A stretch of 64,000 nt of DNA from Podarcis cretensis (lineage: Eukaryota): contig OX638154.1 in the NCBI GenBank assembly GCA_951804945.1, positions 22,196,001 through 22,260,000 of the forward strand. Reading direction: 5' to 3'. The notes under the pieces are model-generated. The model searched no databases. It saw nothing but the letters and a program-made list of their open reading frames with translations, and was not told the origin of the DNA. Both the position numbers and the translations under genes were made by a program. Below are positions 53,492-64,000 of the stretch, piece by piece; the first letter of the stretch is position 1; each line of letters begins with the position of its first letter.

Positions 53492-53626
53492 CTTCTCCAG
53501 CACCAACAAGGACAGGCCAAGCAGGGAGCTTATCTGGCAGCCCCAAACCTTTCTCTCCTCAAGTCTCAACGCCTGCTAAACAGGAAAGAACATCCACTCC
53601 AGGAAGCATTCTGAATCTTAATCTTG
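53492..53626 (+). CDS. ZMYND8: ZMYND8 exon 12 (ASPAPTRTGQAGSLSGSPKPFSPQ...GSILNLNL)
   Basis: TGTTAG| ... CTT G|GTGAGT. Confidence 0.95.
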
Positions 53627-54437
53627 GTGAGTTAAAATTGTCAGTACCAACTTTCATTTTATCAATGCTATTTGCTATATGAGAAGTTTCAAGGTGATTC
53701 TATGAGTGCAGAATCATAAATGTGGACAGGTACACTTCAATTTCATTCAATTGAAGGATATTTTAAATGCTTTAAAAATATATGGGAAAGTACATAGTTA
53801 AGCAGATACAGGATTCTGAGAACTAAATGATATTTGCTTACCTGCTCTGCTACCAAAAACCATAGTTCTTTATTCTTGTATAAAACTAAATATTTCTGAC
53901 AAAATCCTCTGGTCCTTGGATACCATTGGTTTTCCCAATCAGCCTCACTTCAGAAAAGCCCCCTGGCATATTTGGGCAATTTGTATAACTTTGATGGATA
54001 GGTTTTGTGAGAGCACTGACTAGGGCTTGACAAAGCATTATGCTAAGTATGCGAGAGTATAAGGTTTTCACATCAGCATAATCAAGGATCAGAGCTGGAC
54101 TCTTAATTCTCACTCAGTACAGCTTTGATTATAGAAGGAGTTTATACTCAATTGTACTCCTTGACTGCAAACCTTCACATCAACTTCAGTGAAAATTAAA
54201 TCTGAAATTGAAATCTGATCAATTTCTGTGAAATTTAAGCAGCCTAATTGTTTCTGGGATTGCAGACATGCTTCCAAATAGTCGTTCAGCATTTATTTTG
54301 AAATGTAATATATGTTGTAAATATTACCAAGTATTAATACTGAATGTGGACTGATTGAATTAGGTTTTTTCCTTGACATAAACAATTTCTGTTTAAGCTG
54401 TGTTACGTAATGAAAACACTTTTATTTAATATTCTAG

Positions 54438-54590
54438 ATCGTAGTAAAGCTGAGATGGATCTGAAAGAGTTGAGTGAATCAGTCCAGCAGCAATCCACAC
54501 CTGCGCCACTGATTTCCCCAAAGCGGCAAATTCGCAGCAGGTTCCAGCTTAATCTTGACAAGACAATAGAGAGCTGTAAAGCACAGTTAG
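54438..54590 (+). CDS. ZMYND8: ZMYND8 exon 13 (DRSKAEMDLKELSESV...IESCKAQL)
   Basis: TTCTAG| ... TTA G|GTATGC. Confidence 0.96.
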
Positions 54591-54966
54591 GTATGCACAT
54601 GGTAATATCAAATTTGCATTGAAGGCATTAGAGTTGAAACATTGTTCATTTTAACATAAATGAGGGGAAATCTTAAATATGGTGTGTTGTCCATTGTGCA
54701 GAGAGTTTGGCTTGCATCTTAGCAAACCAGGCTTCAAATCTTCTTTATTTGGGGAGGCAAATGAACCTTGCTTGCAAAACTACTACTTGAACAACCTACT
54801 TCACAGAATTATTATAAGCATGGTATATAATTAGTCTGTTACAATGTATGTGTGCTCATTATTTTATATCTATGGCTTAATTCTTAAGTTTTATAAGCCT
54901 CAATAATTGTAAAGACGTGTGTGGTAGAAATATATGAATAAATAAATAGTCTTCTTTTATTCTTAG

Positions 54967-55464
54967 GGATCAATGAAATATCTGAAGATGTTGCAGTAGA
55001 ACATAGCGACTCAGAGGACTCTGAAAAGTCAGATTCTAGTGATAGTGAATATATCAGTGATGATGAACAGAAATCCAAGAACGATCAGGAAGAAGAAGAA
55101 AAAGAAGGTGCAAGAAGTGACAAAGAATCCTTGGCCATGAAAAAAAAACCAAAACCACCAACGCCAACTGAAGAAAAAGAAGAAATTAAAAGTACAGTCT
55201 CAGAAGTGGAGAAAACAGATACCCCTGTCAAAGAAAAGGCAAATGTAGACTCTGATAAAGAAGTTTCTGAAAAGGGGAAAAGTTTGTCACATCCAACAAA
55301 AGAGAAGTTGAAAGGTAAAGATGAGACTGACTCACCAACAGTACATCTTGGTCTGGACTCTGACTCAGAAAGTGAACTTGTTATTGACCTAGGTGAAGAT
55401 CAGTGTGGGCGTGAGGGACGCAAAAATAAAAAAGAACCCAAGGAATCTCCTCCTAAGCAAGAAG
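54967..55464 (+). CDS. ZMYND8: ZMYND8 exon 14 (acidic/Lys-rich disordered region, GINEISED...SELVIDLGED...PPKQE)
   Basis: TCTTAG| ... GAA G|GTAAAA; 498 nt, phase 1-1. Confidence 0.95.
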
Positions 55465-55565
55465 GTAAAAAAATATACTTTTTCCTGTTATGCGTATTGG
55501 CAATCTAAGATTAAGCACTTTGCTGTCTGTGGTGTTCAGTCCCAGAAATCCTGATACCTTATGTG

Positions 55566-55591
55566 GTGTGTGTGTGTGTGTGTGTGTGTGT
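55566..55591. repeat. (GT)n microsatellite
   Basis: Direct reading. Confidence 0.9.
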
Positions 55592-55795
55592 GAACATGTG
55601 CTTCTAGAATGGGGTGGAAATAATTTTATTTTCCTTAAAAATCTAACAGTGCAGCTATTTTGAGGATTACTTCTCAAATAATATTTGCTCAATGTTGTCA
55701 AACATGCACATATAGATATCGATTTTGAAACCTTTATTGCACAAGGTTCAAATGCTGTCTTTGTATTTTCTCACTGTTTGAGCATTGAGGAAATA

Positions 55796-56296
55796 CCGTA
55801 TTTTTCGCCCTATAGGACGCACTTTTCCCCCCTCCAAAAATGAAGGGGAAATGTGTGTGCGCCCTATGGGGCGAATGCAGGCTTTCGCTGAAGCCTGGAG
55901 AGCGAGAGGGATCGGTGCGCACCGACCCCTCTTGCTCTCCAGGCTTCAGGAAGCTATCCCCCCAGCCCGGCAAGCTCCCAGAGCGATGCCAAAGCTGCGC
56001 GCAGCTTCGCCATCGCTCTGGGACCCGTTCTGGGGGCTGGGATCGGGGGAAGCTCTGGCTTCCCCTACCCTCAGCCGCGCAAGCTCCCAGAGCGATGCCG
56101 AAGGTGCGTGCACCTTCGCCATCGCTCTCCGACCCGTTCTGGGGGCTGGGGGCGGGGGAAGCTTGGGCTTCCCCCACCCCAGCCCCGTGCCTGGGGGGGG
56201 GGAAAATAAAAAATGTTTCCTTTATTTCCCACCCCCCCAAAAAAAAATCTAGGTGCGTCCTATGGGCCGGTGCATCCTATAGGGCGAAAAATACAG
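55796..56296. mobile_element. Tc2/pogo-type MITE, TA TSD (family of 20561-21106)
   Basis: TA|CCGTATTTTTCGCCCTATAGG ... CCTATAGGGCGAAAAATACAG|TA; internal ~110-bp duplication. Confidence 0.88.
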
Positions 56297-56569
56297 TACT
56301 TGTGCTTACAGTAAAAGCAGAAAGGGATCAAAGGACCACAAAGCCCCACTGCAGGACCATTAACAAATCAGCTTCTAACCCATGAATATAGCTCATGCAT
56401 TCCACAAGGTGCCAGAAATAGAGGCCTGCAAAGCGAATTGTTCTGCATGTTAAAATGAGCCTAGCCATACTAACACAGGCGAACAGCATGTTTAGGTTTA
56501 GAAGACTGTGATCAGTCTGATTTCAACATAAGATACTGATGTGCTTTTCTCTAAAAGTCTCTAAAAGAA

Positions 56570-56757
56570 GTCTAGAGTTGAAAGGGATCCCAAGGATCAT
56601 CTAGTCCAATCCCCTGTAATGCAGCCATCTCAGCTAAAGCATCCATGACAGGTGGCCATCCAACCTCTGCTTAAAAACCTCCAGTGAATGAGAGTCCACC
56701 ACCTTCCAAGGGAGTCCATTCCACTGTCAAACAGCTCTTACTATGAGAAAGTTCCTT
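56570..56757 (-). mobile_element. CR1 3' fragment
   Basis: Homologous to 6590-6780. Confidence 0.8.
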
Positions 56758-57164
56758 CTCAACAAATATTTTGAAGAATAAGGTTAGAATTATCAGAGTT
56801 TTGAATATTTTAAAATAATCAAAGTAGACTGTTTCAGTTGCATGCACAGACATGTGATGAGTGCTGCTGGAATGAATAGGGCTAGGGATGCACAACTGAG
56901 TCCTAAACTGCAGCCCAGGAAGCAGGGCTGTTAGGGGCAGTTCACGCAGCCGCAAATGGGAAATGGGTGTGCATAGTGGGGAAGCAGCCCACCCCCATGT
57001 ACCACTGTATGCACTGTGTGTACTTTGAATATACCTGAAGTCATCCCACTGTGCTGTACAGAGCCAGGTGGCCCTCTAGGGTGCTTCTACAACTGCGGGG
57101 GGGCAAGGGTGAGGAAGGAGAGATGAAGGAATCACCCTGCTGAAAAAAGCAAGGCATTAGTATA

Positions 57165-57348
57165 CAGTGGTACCTCCGCTTGCGGACGGGATCCGTTCCA
57201 GAGGTCCGGTCGGATCCCAAAGTTTCTGCAACCTGAGGACCACTTCTGTGCATGCGTGCGCAGCGAAACCCGGTAAAATACTTCTGGGTTTGCCACATGC
57301 ATCCAAAATTTACATAACCAGAGGATTATGTAAATGGAGGTTCAACTG
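57165..57348. mobile_element. Tigger/pogo-like MITE
   Basis: TA|CAGTGGTACCTCCGCTTGC ... GTAAATGGAGGTTCAACTG|TA (imperfect TIR). Confidence 0.7.
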
Positions 57349-57859
57349 TATCTTCCAAAAATGTATCTTTGCTACAGTGGCTTGAAAACATGCAGCTGTA
57401 CTATAGATTGCACTAGCTTTTGTCATTATGTACAGAGTATTAGTATCTTGCCACTCTTCAGATGTTGGACTCCCATAAGCCCCTACCAGTCTGGTCAATG
57501 GTCTTGGATGATGGGAGTTTAAGTTCAACAACATCTGGAGGGACCATGATCTGTATTCTGCAATGCTCAGGTAGATAGAAAGGTTAGAAACACTTCAAGA
57601 AGTTTTTTGTTTTTTTTTGAGATTATTTCAAACCTTTCGGTATTTAATGTGAGAGAGGGAGAGTTGAATTTGTGTCACTGTTGCTGGTGTTATTTGTAAG
57701 CAAATTCTGTGTTTTGTTCTATAGTTTCTGAGTTTTATTTAATTTTTGGTTTGGACTGCATATATTACAATTAGTTTAAATAAACAAATGAATACATTCT
57801 TACTTAAATTTCATCTTCCCTGGCTTTCGGCAGCATGTATATGACTTGTGTTCTTTATA

Positions 57860-58087
57860 CAGTAGTACCTCGTCTAGCGTCCGCCTCGTCGCACACCCGT
57901 TCTGTCAAACGTCCACAGCAAACCTGGAAGTACTGGAATGGGTTACTTCTGGGTTCGCTGCTCGCGCATGTGCAGGAGCACAAACTACTCCGCGCACGTG
58001 CACAGACGCGGTGCTTTGTCCAGCGTCCTTTTCAGCCCGCGACTGGGGCTCCGGAACGGATCCTGGTCGCAAAACGAGGTACTACTG
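57860..58087. mobile_element. Tigger/pogo-like MITE
   Basis: TA|CAGTAGTACCTCGT ... ACGAGGTACTACTG|TA. Confidence 0.85.
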
Positions 58088-58404
58088 TAGTAGTATCCAA
58101 TCACCAGGGAACGTGTGATCATGAGAGTCTTGAAATCTTGGTGTGTGTGCTGCCTATACTAGCAAATTCCTGAAACTTCTGCTGAGAATGCAATAATTAA
58201 GGGTGGTTTCATAATCTGTATGAAGACGTTTCAAAACCTAATATATGTCAGTGTAAAACAAGGATAAATAGTAGCTCTGAGGCATCATCTATATGATGTG
58301 AGGGACTAAAAATAGTTCCAGAGTAGATGATGGAAGGGTCAAAATGAAAGTTTAGGCAAAAAGATGGCATTTGTAGGTCTGTGATGTGTAAATTGCTTTT
58401 GAAA

Positions 58405-58532
58405 GTCAGCTGGCAATGAACAATGCAACTTTCACCCACTGAAAAATAATTATGTGCACCGATATCTGTCAGCTGGCAATGAACAATGCAACTTTCACCC
58501 ACTGAAAAATAATTATGTGCATTGATATCTGT
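58405..58532. repeat. 63-bp tandem duplication
   Basis: GTCAGCTGGCAATGAACAATGCAACTTTCACCCACTGAAAAATAATTATGTGCA occurs at 58405 and 58468. Confidence 0.92.
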
Positions 58533-58616
58533 TGTACTATGTTCCTCACAGTAGTTTTGTTTTGTATTACCTGAATTGTCAGTAAAAAACATCATGTTTT
58601 TTTCCTACCCACTTAG

Positions 58617-58982
58617 CTGCAGCTAAAACCCCACCTTCTTCAACAGTAAGTAGTCAGCCTCCAGCTGAAACTCAGGTGCTTACTCGATCCGCATCCCAGA
58701 CTCCTCCAGCTGGTGTCACAGCTACAACAAGCACTACTTCTGCTGCCAGCACTCCAGCTGCAGCCACCGGGAGCCCAGTGAAGAAGCAGAGGCCGCTTCT
58801 ACCAAAGGAAACTGCCCCAGCAGTCCAACGGGTTGTATGGAATTCTTCCAACAAATTTCAGACTTCTTCTCAGAAATGGCATATGCAGAAGGTGCAAAGG
58901 CAACAGCAGCAGCAACAGAGTCAGCAGCAGCAACCTCAGTCCTCCCAAGGAACAAGATATCAGACAAGACAGGCCGTGAAAG
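58617..58982 (+). CDS. ZMYND8: ZMYND8 exon 15 (Ser/Thr-rich, KKQRPLLPKE, polyQ, ...TRQAVK)
   Basis: ACTTAG| ... AAA G|GTATGT; 366 nt, phase 1-1. Confidence 0.94.
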
Positions 58983-59128
58983 GTATGTATCACCTTTCCC
59001 ATTTTGTTTTCACTGCTGTATTTTTGCTGTGGTCATTGTGCTCAAGTACTTCAAACTATTCTTCCATAATTTGTCCTGTAAAGATATGAAAATGCAAAAT
59101 CGCTCCACCAGTGTGGTCCTTAAGTGTA

Positions 59129-59339
59129 CAGTGGTACCTCGGAAGTCCATTCAACTTCCAAAATGTTCGGAAACCAAGGCGCGGCTTCCGATTGGCTGCA
59201 GGAAGCTCCTGCAGCCAATCAGAAGCTGTGGAAGCCGCACCAGACATTCGGGTTCCAAAGAACGTTTGCAAACCAGAACACTCACTTCCGGGTTTGTGGC
59301 GTTTGGGAGCCAAGGCATTTGGGAGCCAAGGTACAACAG
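59129..59339. mobile_element. Tigger/pogo-like MITE
   Basis: TA|CAGTGGTACCTCGG ... CCAAGGTACAACAG|TA; internal palindrome GATTGGCTGCAGGAAGCTCCTGCAGCCAATC. Confidence 0.75.
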
Positions 59340-59873
59340 TACTTAGAATAATTTGTTTATCTGCAGCATTTTAGTTGGAATGTGAACTGCAATATCAATA
59401 TCAGTATCAATATGGAGATGCACAATATAGGTTGTATCTAATGCTGTCTGTGCTTGAGTCCCTTCCTCTATAACCCCCCACACACTTAAAATCTGCTCTG
59501 GAGAGTTAGCAAACCCTCCCGTGCAAATTGTTTGTGTGACTGGGTACTAGGGCATGGCTGCAATGAAGAGGTGAGGAAAATGAAGTCCCATTGTGCAATG
59601 TTAGATTCCATCATATAATTTTGATTGGTTATAAAGTGTCCTTAAAGAACATGTTGATCCCTTTTTATGTGATGACAGAAGGTTTTTTATTTTCTGTGAA
59701 ACATGGTTATGAAAATGAAGAGTGCCAACCTTTTAAGAGGATAGATCCAAGTAATTTCTAGATTTCTTATTTTCCAAACATGGGGAAACAGCCATTATTA
59801 TTATTGTCCAAGCAGTTCTTAATCTAATTAATTCTGAAATTTAATTTGCACCTAACAGATACTAATCTAATTA

Positions 59874-61504
59874 CCGTATTTTTCGCTCTATAACACGCAC
59901 CTGACCATAACACGCACATCGTTTTTAGAGGAGGAAAACAAGGGAAAAAACATTCTGAATGAAACAGTGGATGTATCATTTTTGTGCTTCATGCTGTGGC
60001 CACAGACATGTGATCTGATGGTGAATTTGGGGTGACCCAATGCAAAAATCCTGAGAATCCCTGTGGATCCATGCTTTGTAACCACGTTTTTGCACCATTG
60101 CAGCCCCAGGCAACAGTGGGTGCGTGATTTTTGGGGGGCAGGCTGTAGCCATGGACATGCTATGTGCTCTGATGGTGAATTTAGGCTGACCCAATGCAAA
60201 GATCCTGAGGATCCATGTGGATCCATGTTTTGTAACCACGTTTTTGCACCATTGCAGCCCCAGGCAACAGTGGGTGCGTGATTTTGGGGGGGCAGGCTGT
60301 AGCCATGGACATGCTATGTGCTCTGATGGTGAATTTGGGCTGACCCAATGCAAAGATCCTGAGGATCCATGTGGATCCATGTTTTGTAACCACGTTTTTG
60401 CACCATTGCAGCCCCAGGCAACAGTGGGTGCGTGATTTTTGGGGGGCAGGCTGTAACCATGGACATGCTATGTGATCTGATGGTGAATTTGGGGGGACTG
60501 AATGCAAAGATCCTGAGGATCCATGTAGATCCATGCTTTTTAACCACGTTTTTGCACCATTGCAGCCCCAGGCAACAGTGGGTGTGTGGTTTTTGGGGGG
60601 CAGGCTGTAGCCATGGACATGTTATGTGATCTGATGGTGAATTTGGGCTGACCCAATGCAAAGATCCTGAGGATCCATGTAGATCCATTCTTTTTAACCA
60701 CGTTTTTGCACCATTGCAGCCCCAGGCAACAGTGGGTGCGTGATTTTTGGGGGGCAGGCTGTAGCCATGGACATGCTATGTGATCTGATGGTGAATTTGG
60801 GCTGACCCAATGCAAAGATCCTGAGGATCCATGTAGATCCATTCTTTTTAACCACGTTTTTGCACCATTGCAGCCCCAGGCAACAGTGGGTGCGTGATTT
60901 TTGGGGCGCAGGCTGTAGCCATGGACATGCTATGTGATCTGATGGTGAATTTGGGCTGACCCAATGCAAAGATCCTGAGGATCCATGTGGATCCATGCTT
61001 TTTAACCACATTTTAAGTGGGGAGGGAAGGAAAAACACAGAAGGGACAAGGAGCAGGAGAGGGGTGTGCAGAGAAGCAGCTGGCTAAGAATGCAGGAGAG
61101 GGGTAGGGAGGAAAGGAAGGCAAAAGTTTTCCCTCACCTACCCACCCAAGCCAGCCAGCTTGCGCGCTCTCTCTCTCTCTTCCCTCCTGCATGTTTTCAG
61201 CTTTCCCCTCTGCTTGCCTGGAGGGGAGGGGCTTTCCCTGCTCTTTGTTCCGTTTGAGCAAACACAGCAAGGAAACTGAGGTGGGTGGGCAGTAAGACCC
61301 TGAGGCAGAATGCTGGAAAGCAGCCGCTTCCTCTTTTCAAGTTTCCCTTCTAGGAGACGCGCGGTTTGATTTTTGCCTGCTTTTTTTTGCCTCCCCTTGC
61401 ACTATTTGGCTCCAGGGACCACACATTCGCTCAATAACACGCACAGACATTTCCCCTTCCTTTTTAGGAGAAAAAATCTGCGTGTTATAGAAGGAAAAAT
61501 ACGC
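59874..61504. mobile_element. Second copy of the Tc2/pogo-type element, with ~6.5 units of the 154-bp array
   Basis: Same TIRs and unique arms as 51756-52921; units start at about 60008, 60162, 60316, 60470, 60624, 60778 and 60932. Confidence 0.9.
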
Positions 61505-62017
61505 TAAATCTTCCTAATATCTTTATACAGATGCAATCTGTAGATTTTGGGGTGTCAACCTAATTTGCAGACCCCCCTTCCTCCCTGCCCCATTTTGCTT
61601 AATATAATACTGGAACAGTTCCTAATAACTCAACAGCTTGTTCACTACTTTGTGACATTTTACTTGGCCATAATCAAGGTATTATCCCACTATGGTACAT
61701 TTTAAGGAGTATTTTCCAGTGGCTGGTGAAACCAGCATAGACACTCACTAAAAGTTGCCCTAAGAATCCTTAACTGCCTTGTTTTCTGCCCTGGTTTACA
61801 CAGTTATGCAAGCATAATGTCACAGAATAAGGTATGTCACCACTGCAAGAAGTATTATGGGAGCATCACACACCAATCCACCAACACAAATGTTCTAGAC
61901 TGAGATGTGAAAGGCTATTGAACAGCATTTATTTAGCATTGGTTTGCCTGTTTTTTGACATTTCAAACACACTGAAATCTGCAGTGATTCACTTGTGGGT
62001 TTGTTTTGTGTCCTTAG

Positions 62018-62208
62018 CTGTACAGCAAAAAGAAATTACTCAGAGTACTTCAACGTCAACCATTACCTTGGTTACAAGCACTCAACCTGTTTCCATAGTA
62101 ACCAGTTCTGGATCAGCAAGTACACTTTCATCTTCAGTTAATACAGACTTGCCAATAGCAACAGCTTCAGCAGATGTGGCTGCAGATATTGCTAAGTATA
62201 CTAGTAAA
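62018..62208 (+). CDS. ZMYND8: ZMYND8 exon 16 (AVQQKEITQSTSTSTITLV...ADIAKYTSK)
   Basis: CCTTAG| ... AAA|GTAAGT; the gene continues beyond the window. Confidence 0.96.
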
Positions 62209-64000
62209 GTAAGTTTTTTGTTTTTGTTTTAAAAAAGCACTACATTCTTACAAGTTTTACTTTGAAGTTCATGCAGTTGCTGATGTGCAACAAAGCACGT
62301 TATCCACTTGCCTGAACATTTTTCCCCATCCTGTGATGTGGATAAGTTTAACCTTTGAACACGTGGAAGAACCTTAACAGCAATATTTTAAACTGGCTGC
62401 TGGTGTGTAGCTGGAAGCACTGCAACTTTTCCTGCCATAGTTCTCCAAAAACAGAAGCCTGGGTTTTGGGGTCAGGGATGGAGGGAAGAGACAAAAACAG
62501 CCCAAATGTATGCATGGTTAATATACATTTATGGATAAATTTTATTAACCCAACGTGTGTGGATATATGTATGCACATCATAATTTTATTAGTACTTATC
62601 AGACTTATCTGTAATGTTTGACAAAGTTTTTTTTTTCTACTTCGTGCATGTTTCTTTTAGCACAGACAACCATCTGTATGGTGCATTAAAATAATAATGG
62701 GAAAACAAATGCAAGTGCTTGCCTCAAAGAGCCTAAATCTATATTTAAGCAGTAGGAGAAAAGTAGAGAAAAATTAATACAAGGAAATATAGTTTCATGT
62801 CCTTAAACTTTGCTCCAATTGGAGATGATGATCTAAAGATTAAGCCTGAGGCTTAATAGAAAAGGTGGCCTTTGTGGAGGAATTTGAAGGAAGTCTCTGA
62901 GATGGCACCATGTAGGTGTTCTAGCATAAAGGCTACAAGAGAGAATTTTTGATATTCTGTTCGGGGGGAAATGGTATTCTGAGCTGAGTATTTTCCACTT
63001 CAGTGTACAGAGCAATGATGTCACAGCAATAGCCTTAAGCCCAGCACTTCTTGGGACAGAGTAGTCTTACAGATATGTAAAGCTATCTCTATAGAAGCTA
63101 TTGGTACAGGAGCCCATTGGATACAGCTGTATGGGAGTAGCTGAGCTATATGAGTTTCTGGCAGCCGAGGAAGATGATGCCTTTGCTTGGCCTATCTGGG
63201 CAAGTGGTATGCCACAGTGACCAATTGGGTCTTGCTCAGGAAAGCCGGCATCTTTGGACAAGCACTTTCAGCTACGGTTACCAAACATGGCTGCCAAACA
63301 GATATGGGGGCTTTGATGGTGGAGTGGGGATAGAGGATGAACTGTCCTGTAATTAGTGTGTGCAAGGTGTGACACAACAGTTCCAAAGGCTTTAGGCTCT
63401 GGTACACATATGGTAGATAAAGGACTGTATATGAAGGGTTGACATTTTTATTTTTAGGCAGGGCTGTAAAGCCTAGTCTTGCATACCTTCTCCCTGAAAA
63501 ACTTGCTACACATTCTGTGTATGCAAGAGAGAAATAGTAGATTTCAAATCACTTGTAAGTCATAAAGTTCATCGGTTGGCCTTGGGCAAGTCAGCATCTT
63601 TCAGCCATACTTTCTTGCCTGGGTAAACTAGCCTTGTGTACTACCTGGACTCCTTCAAGGAAGACAAAGGAGAAGTGGCCAGAATGAGAACTGAGCAGGC
63701 AAGGCTGTAAACAGGTGCTTCATTGAACATCAAGCTTAAGTGCATAGCTGGCCAGTTTAAAATACTGCTGTGAAAGTTTCCCCGTGTGTTACAGCTGGCG
63801 TACCTTAACACCACTAGTGAGACCACACAGGGGCAGCACAACTGGAAGAACAATTAATGACAAGTAAGTAATTCCATTTTTGTTCAGGTACCAAAATCAT
63901 GAAGTAAAAACAACTCCTGCTTCTTATGTGAAGTGGTTCTTCTAAAATGTGTTCATTTAAACATAATGAGAAGTTTTAGAATGATGAAAAATGAGCCATC

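Noticed and set aside
60008-61009. Regular repeat array resembling CRISPR
   Set aside because: Contiguous 154-bp units with no unique spacers, inside a TIR element in a vertebrate intron; no cas genes.
62209-64000. Searched for the next ZMYND8 exon (MMDAIKGTMTEIY...) and the MYND finger
   Set aside because: Not found; the region appears intronic with decayed repeat sequence, and the exons presumably lie downstream.

Overview
Eukaryotic (vertebrate) genomic DNA, AT-rich and intron-dominated. The repeat content (Sauria SINEs, a Squam3-like SINE, a young L2 LINE, CR1 fragments, Tc1/mariner-pogo MITEs) indicates a squamate, probably a lacertid lizard (inference). The window holds most of the + strand gene ZMYND8 (PRKCBP1/RACK7, a PHD-bromodomain-PWWP chromatin reader): 16 coding exons from the MHPQS start exon (ATG 10048) to the ...ADIAKYTSK exon (ends 62208). 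All visible splice sites are GT-AG and the phases join in frame. The coiled-coil/MYND 3' exons lie beyond the window, and the start of the PHD exon is hidden in a 132-N gap. The introns carry many transposon copies. I see no new protein-coding system. The best second-look items are: (1) a minimal type-I hammerhead ribozyme in a Penelope-like insertion on the sense strand of intron 1; (2) a candidate alternative coding first exon (MAPLGFVEEG...LHLQS) and multiple CCAAT clusters in a ~8 kb TE-poor region; (3) an ORF1-only (HAL1-like) L1 derivative; (4) Tc2-type MITEs carrying a variable 154-bp satellite; (5) a SINE with a 60-bp target-site duplication; (6) apparent absence of the mammalian internal splice donor in the polyQ exon. 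Orthologue and repeat-family comparisons are from memory, not from database searches.
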